In this document: positions 61,325-64,000 of the stretch, piece by piece
Position numbering within the stretch: position 1 is the stretch's first letter
Layout of the letters: the number at the start of each line of letters is the position of its first letter
Notes under the pieces: generated by a model
What the model was told of the DNA's origin: nothing
The model's input: only the letters and a program-made list of their open reading frames with translations
Database searches by the model: none
From: Leucoraja erinacea
Lineage: Eukaryota
Assembly (NCBI RefSeq): GCF_028641065.1
Contig: NW_026576883.1
Span: forward strand, 1-64,000
DNA length: 64,000 nucleotides
Direction: 5' to 3'
Position numbers and translations under genes: made by a program

Positions 61325-63753
61325 ATGGCTGCGAAAGACCAGGTCGAGAGTTGGACCCAGGAGATCATTTGTCCCATCTGCCTGGATTTCTTCACCGATC
61401 CGGTGGCGCTGGACTGCGGACACAACTTCTGCCGCTCCTGCATCACACAGAGTTGGGACAGGGAGGGGAGAAACTCCTGCCCGGAATGTAGAGAGGAATC
61501 TGCAAACCGCACCCTCAGGGTGAATCGGGCCTTGGTTAGACTGTCTGAGAAAGCTCGAACACTGAGCCTGAATCTCAACGCGAAGAAAAGTAAACTTCAC
61601 TGCGAGAAACATCAGGAAGAACTGAAACTGTTTTGTGAAACTGACAAGAAACTGATCTGCTTTATTTGCACAACTGTGCAGGAACACAAGTCTCACAGCT
61701 TAATGCTGATAGAAGAAGCAATTGAATTCTACAAGGTAAAACCAAATCACTTCTGATCTCATCATTGTCTAATCTTTTCTTTATTGTCTGACTTTTTGTG
61801 TTCTCTGATCTGAAACCCCACCCCAGGAACAGGTGAAATCTTCCTTCGAATCTCTCACAGAAAAGGAATCAGAGATCCAGAAAATGGAGCAGGTACAGAA
61901 AGAGAGCATTTCTGGAGTTCAGGTGAGGCTTTGTACTGTGGATTTAATGTGTTTGTGTAGATTTAATCCCTGTGATGTGTGCAATAGTTTGGCACCTCTA
62001 TAGAGCTCAGTAGTTGAGGGCCAGAACTGTTGGGGGAGGTTGAGCAGCCAAGGACTTTACTCCCTGGAGCGCAGCAGTCTGAAGAATGGTCTGTGGCAAG
62101 TGTATAATATCATGAAACAAAATGATACATTGGATGGTCAGTCTTTTACCCTCAGTAGGGGGGTCGAGAATGTGAGGGTATATGTTTTAGGTGAGTGGGA
62201 AAAGATTTAAAATGAACATGAAGGACAACTTTAGTACATGGAACGAGCTGTCAGATGAGGTAGTTGAGTCGGGTAGTGTAACAACTTAAAAAATATATGT
62301 CTTTTACCCTCAGTAGGGGGGTCGAGAATGGGGGGGGTATATGTTTTAGGTGAGAGGGAAAGGATTTAAAACGGACATGAAGGACAATTTTGGTAGTGGG
62401 TACATGGAACGAGCTGCTAGATGAGGTAGTTGAGTCGGATACCGTAACAACATTTAAAAGATATTCAAACATTTGTGGAGAGAAAAGTTTTAGAACTGTC
62501 TTGGCCAAATGTGGACAATTGGAAATAGCACAGATGGGGCGTATTGGCCGATAGCCAATACCCCTTGCTGTTTGACTCTGTGAATTCTGTAATTCTAAGT
62601 GGTGCTGTTGTCTGCTAGTTCTGGGGACCTGGTTCTGTCCACTGAGGGTTAATGGACACATGAAATGGAATAGGCTGTAGGGAATTATACTGGGGAAATG
62701 GGAATTATTTGATTGTGCGTTACTTTCACATAATATTTCATAATTATCAAGACGAGTACTTAAATTGCCACGGTAATGAAAGCTATGGATTAAATACATG
62801 TAAATGGGATTAGTGTAGATACGTACAGAGCCCAGCATGGACATGTTGGGCCGAATGGCATATTTCTGCACTCAATAGTGACATAATATATTGTTTCTCA
62901 TCTTTCATCTGATAGGAAGAGTCACACAACCTTCAGTCACTGATCACATCCCAGTTTGTGGAACTGCACCAGATTCTCACTGAGAAAGAGCAGCGGTTAC
63001 TCGGAAATGTCCGGGAAGAAGAGGAGAAGATTGTAAAAACGATGGAGAAAAATCTTCAAGAGATACAAAATAATTTAAATTCCATTCAGGGAGAACTCTC
63101 AAAGTTACAGGAACAGATAGACCACAAGGACGGCGTGATATTTCTGAAGGTGAGGGGTTACACTACAGTTTGGCAAAGTGAAAGTATTCTCCCCACAAGT
63201 CATGATAATATTTCCAACCCCCACCCATTTAAATCCACCGCTGATCTTAAAATATTCTATCCCTGATATCCCACAACCTGCCCGGTCTTACTCATAAGTT
63301 GCATGCTCGCAGTTATTTTCATCGACATTCCTAATGCTTTCCCCCGTGTTCGATGTCTCTACGACAATATCCACTTTCTGTCTGGGTGACAGCGGCAAAG
63401 TTGGGAAATGGGAATTATCAGAGGGTTTTTTTGTAGCAATTTGGTGAAATACCCGCCGTCAGGATCATGACGATCCATCTCAGTCTATTGAGATTTGTGT
63501 TTTATTTATTTCAGGAGGAAGCTGGTCGCAAGAGCAGGTAGGACATGCTTTTGACTGAAACAATGTTTGTTTTTATAGTACAGCTCAAAAAACAACTAAT
63601 GCTCAGTTTCTAACCAGCTGTTAAATATTTGCAGGGTTAGTGATGAAACCAAAACAATGTCGGTGGTAGATGGTGCATTGCCCACTGTAAACTATGATTG
63701 TGTCTTTTTCTACAACGTGGCATTGAGAGAAACATCTGATCACATCAACCGAG
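61325..63753 (+). CDS. TRIM gene D, partial (B30.2 exon expected beyond the window). Exons: 61325-61735, 61827-61922, 62916-63149, 63515-63537, 63635-63753
   Basis: MAAKDQVESWT...CPICLDFF RING and B-box; same exon sizes and intron homology as A and C. Confidence 0.9.
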
Positions 63754-64000
63754 GTAAAACTAATACTATTTCCATTGTTCCTTTTTAAGACATCTTTATG
63801 CAATACTAATATGTGAATATTAATGGACTCTGGGAGAAGTATCACAGAGGCGAAGTTTGTTTGCACTTGAACAAATCCTTGCTCCTGGGAGAATGGGTTT
63901 GCTGTGCTGGGTGAAATTGCGTAGACTAGGCCTGTGTACTCGAGAGTTCAGGTGTATTAGAGGAGAATTCAGTGAAACACAAAGTCCTTACAGGGCTCAG

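Overview
Vertebrate genomic DNA, most likely from a cartilaginous fish such as a skate or ray (inferred from the repeat complement), with five assembly gaps. The left part (about 1.2-16.7 kb, minus strand) holds a compact, divergent myomegalin/PDE4DIP (SMYLE-type)-like coiled-coil gene of about 660 aa built from phase-0 exons. The rest is a cluster of four RING-B-box-coiled-coil-B30.2 (PRY-SPRY) TRIM genes sharing one six-exon layout (411/96/234/23/119/about 530 nt). A (+) and C (-) are intact. B (-) has a frameshifted B30.2 exon and a transposon-altered exon 5. D (+) runs off the window. The genes sit in dense repeats: CR1, Rex1/Babar, RTE-X-like LINE, Penelope/GIY-YIG fragments, tRNA-derived SINEs, Helitrons, TIR elements and a solo LTR. 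The most notable observations are: many minimal hammerhead-ribozyme cores in Penelope-derived, often fold-back, short elements; mosaic TRIM paralogs with hypervariable B30.2 loops; a transposon-donated splice donor in TRIM B; a triplicated non-coding block with immune-type motifs; and a possible third PDE4DIP/CDK5RAP2 family member next to a TRIM cluster. No database searches were run, so family names come from recognised motifs.
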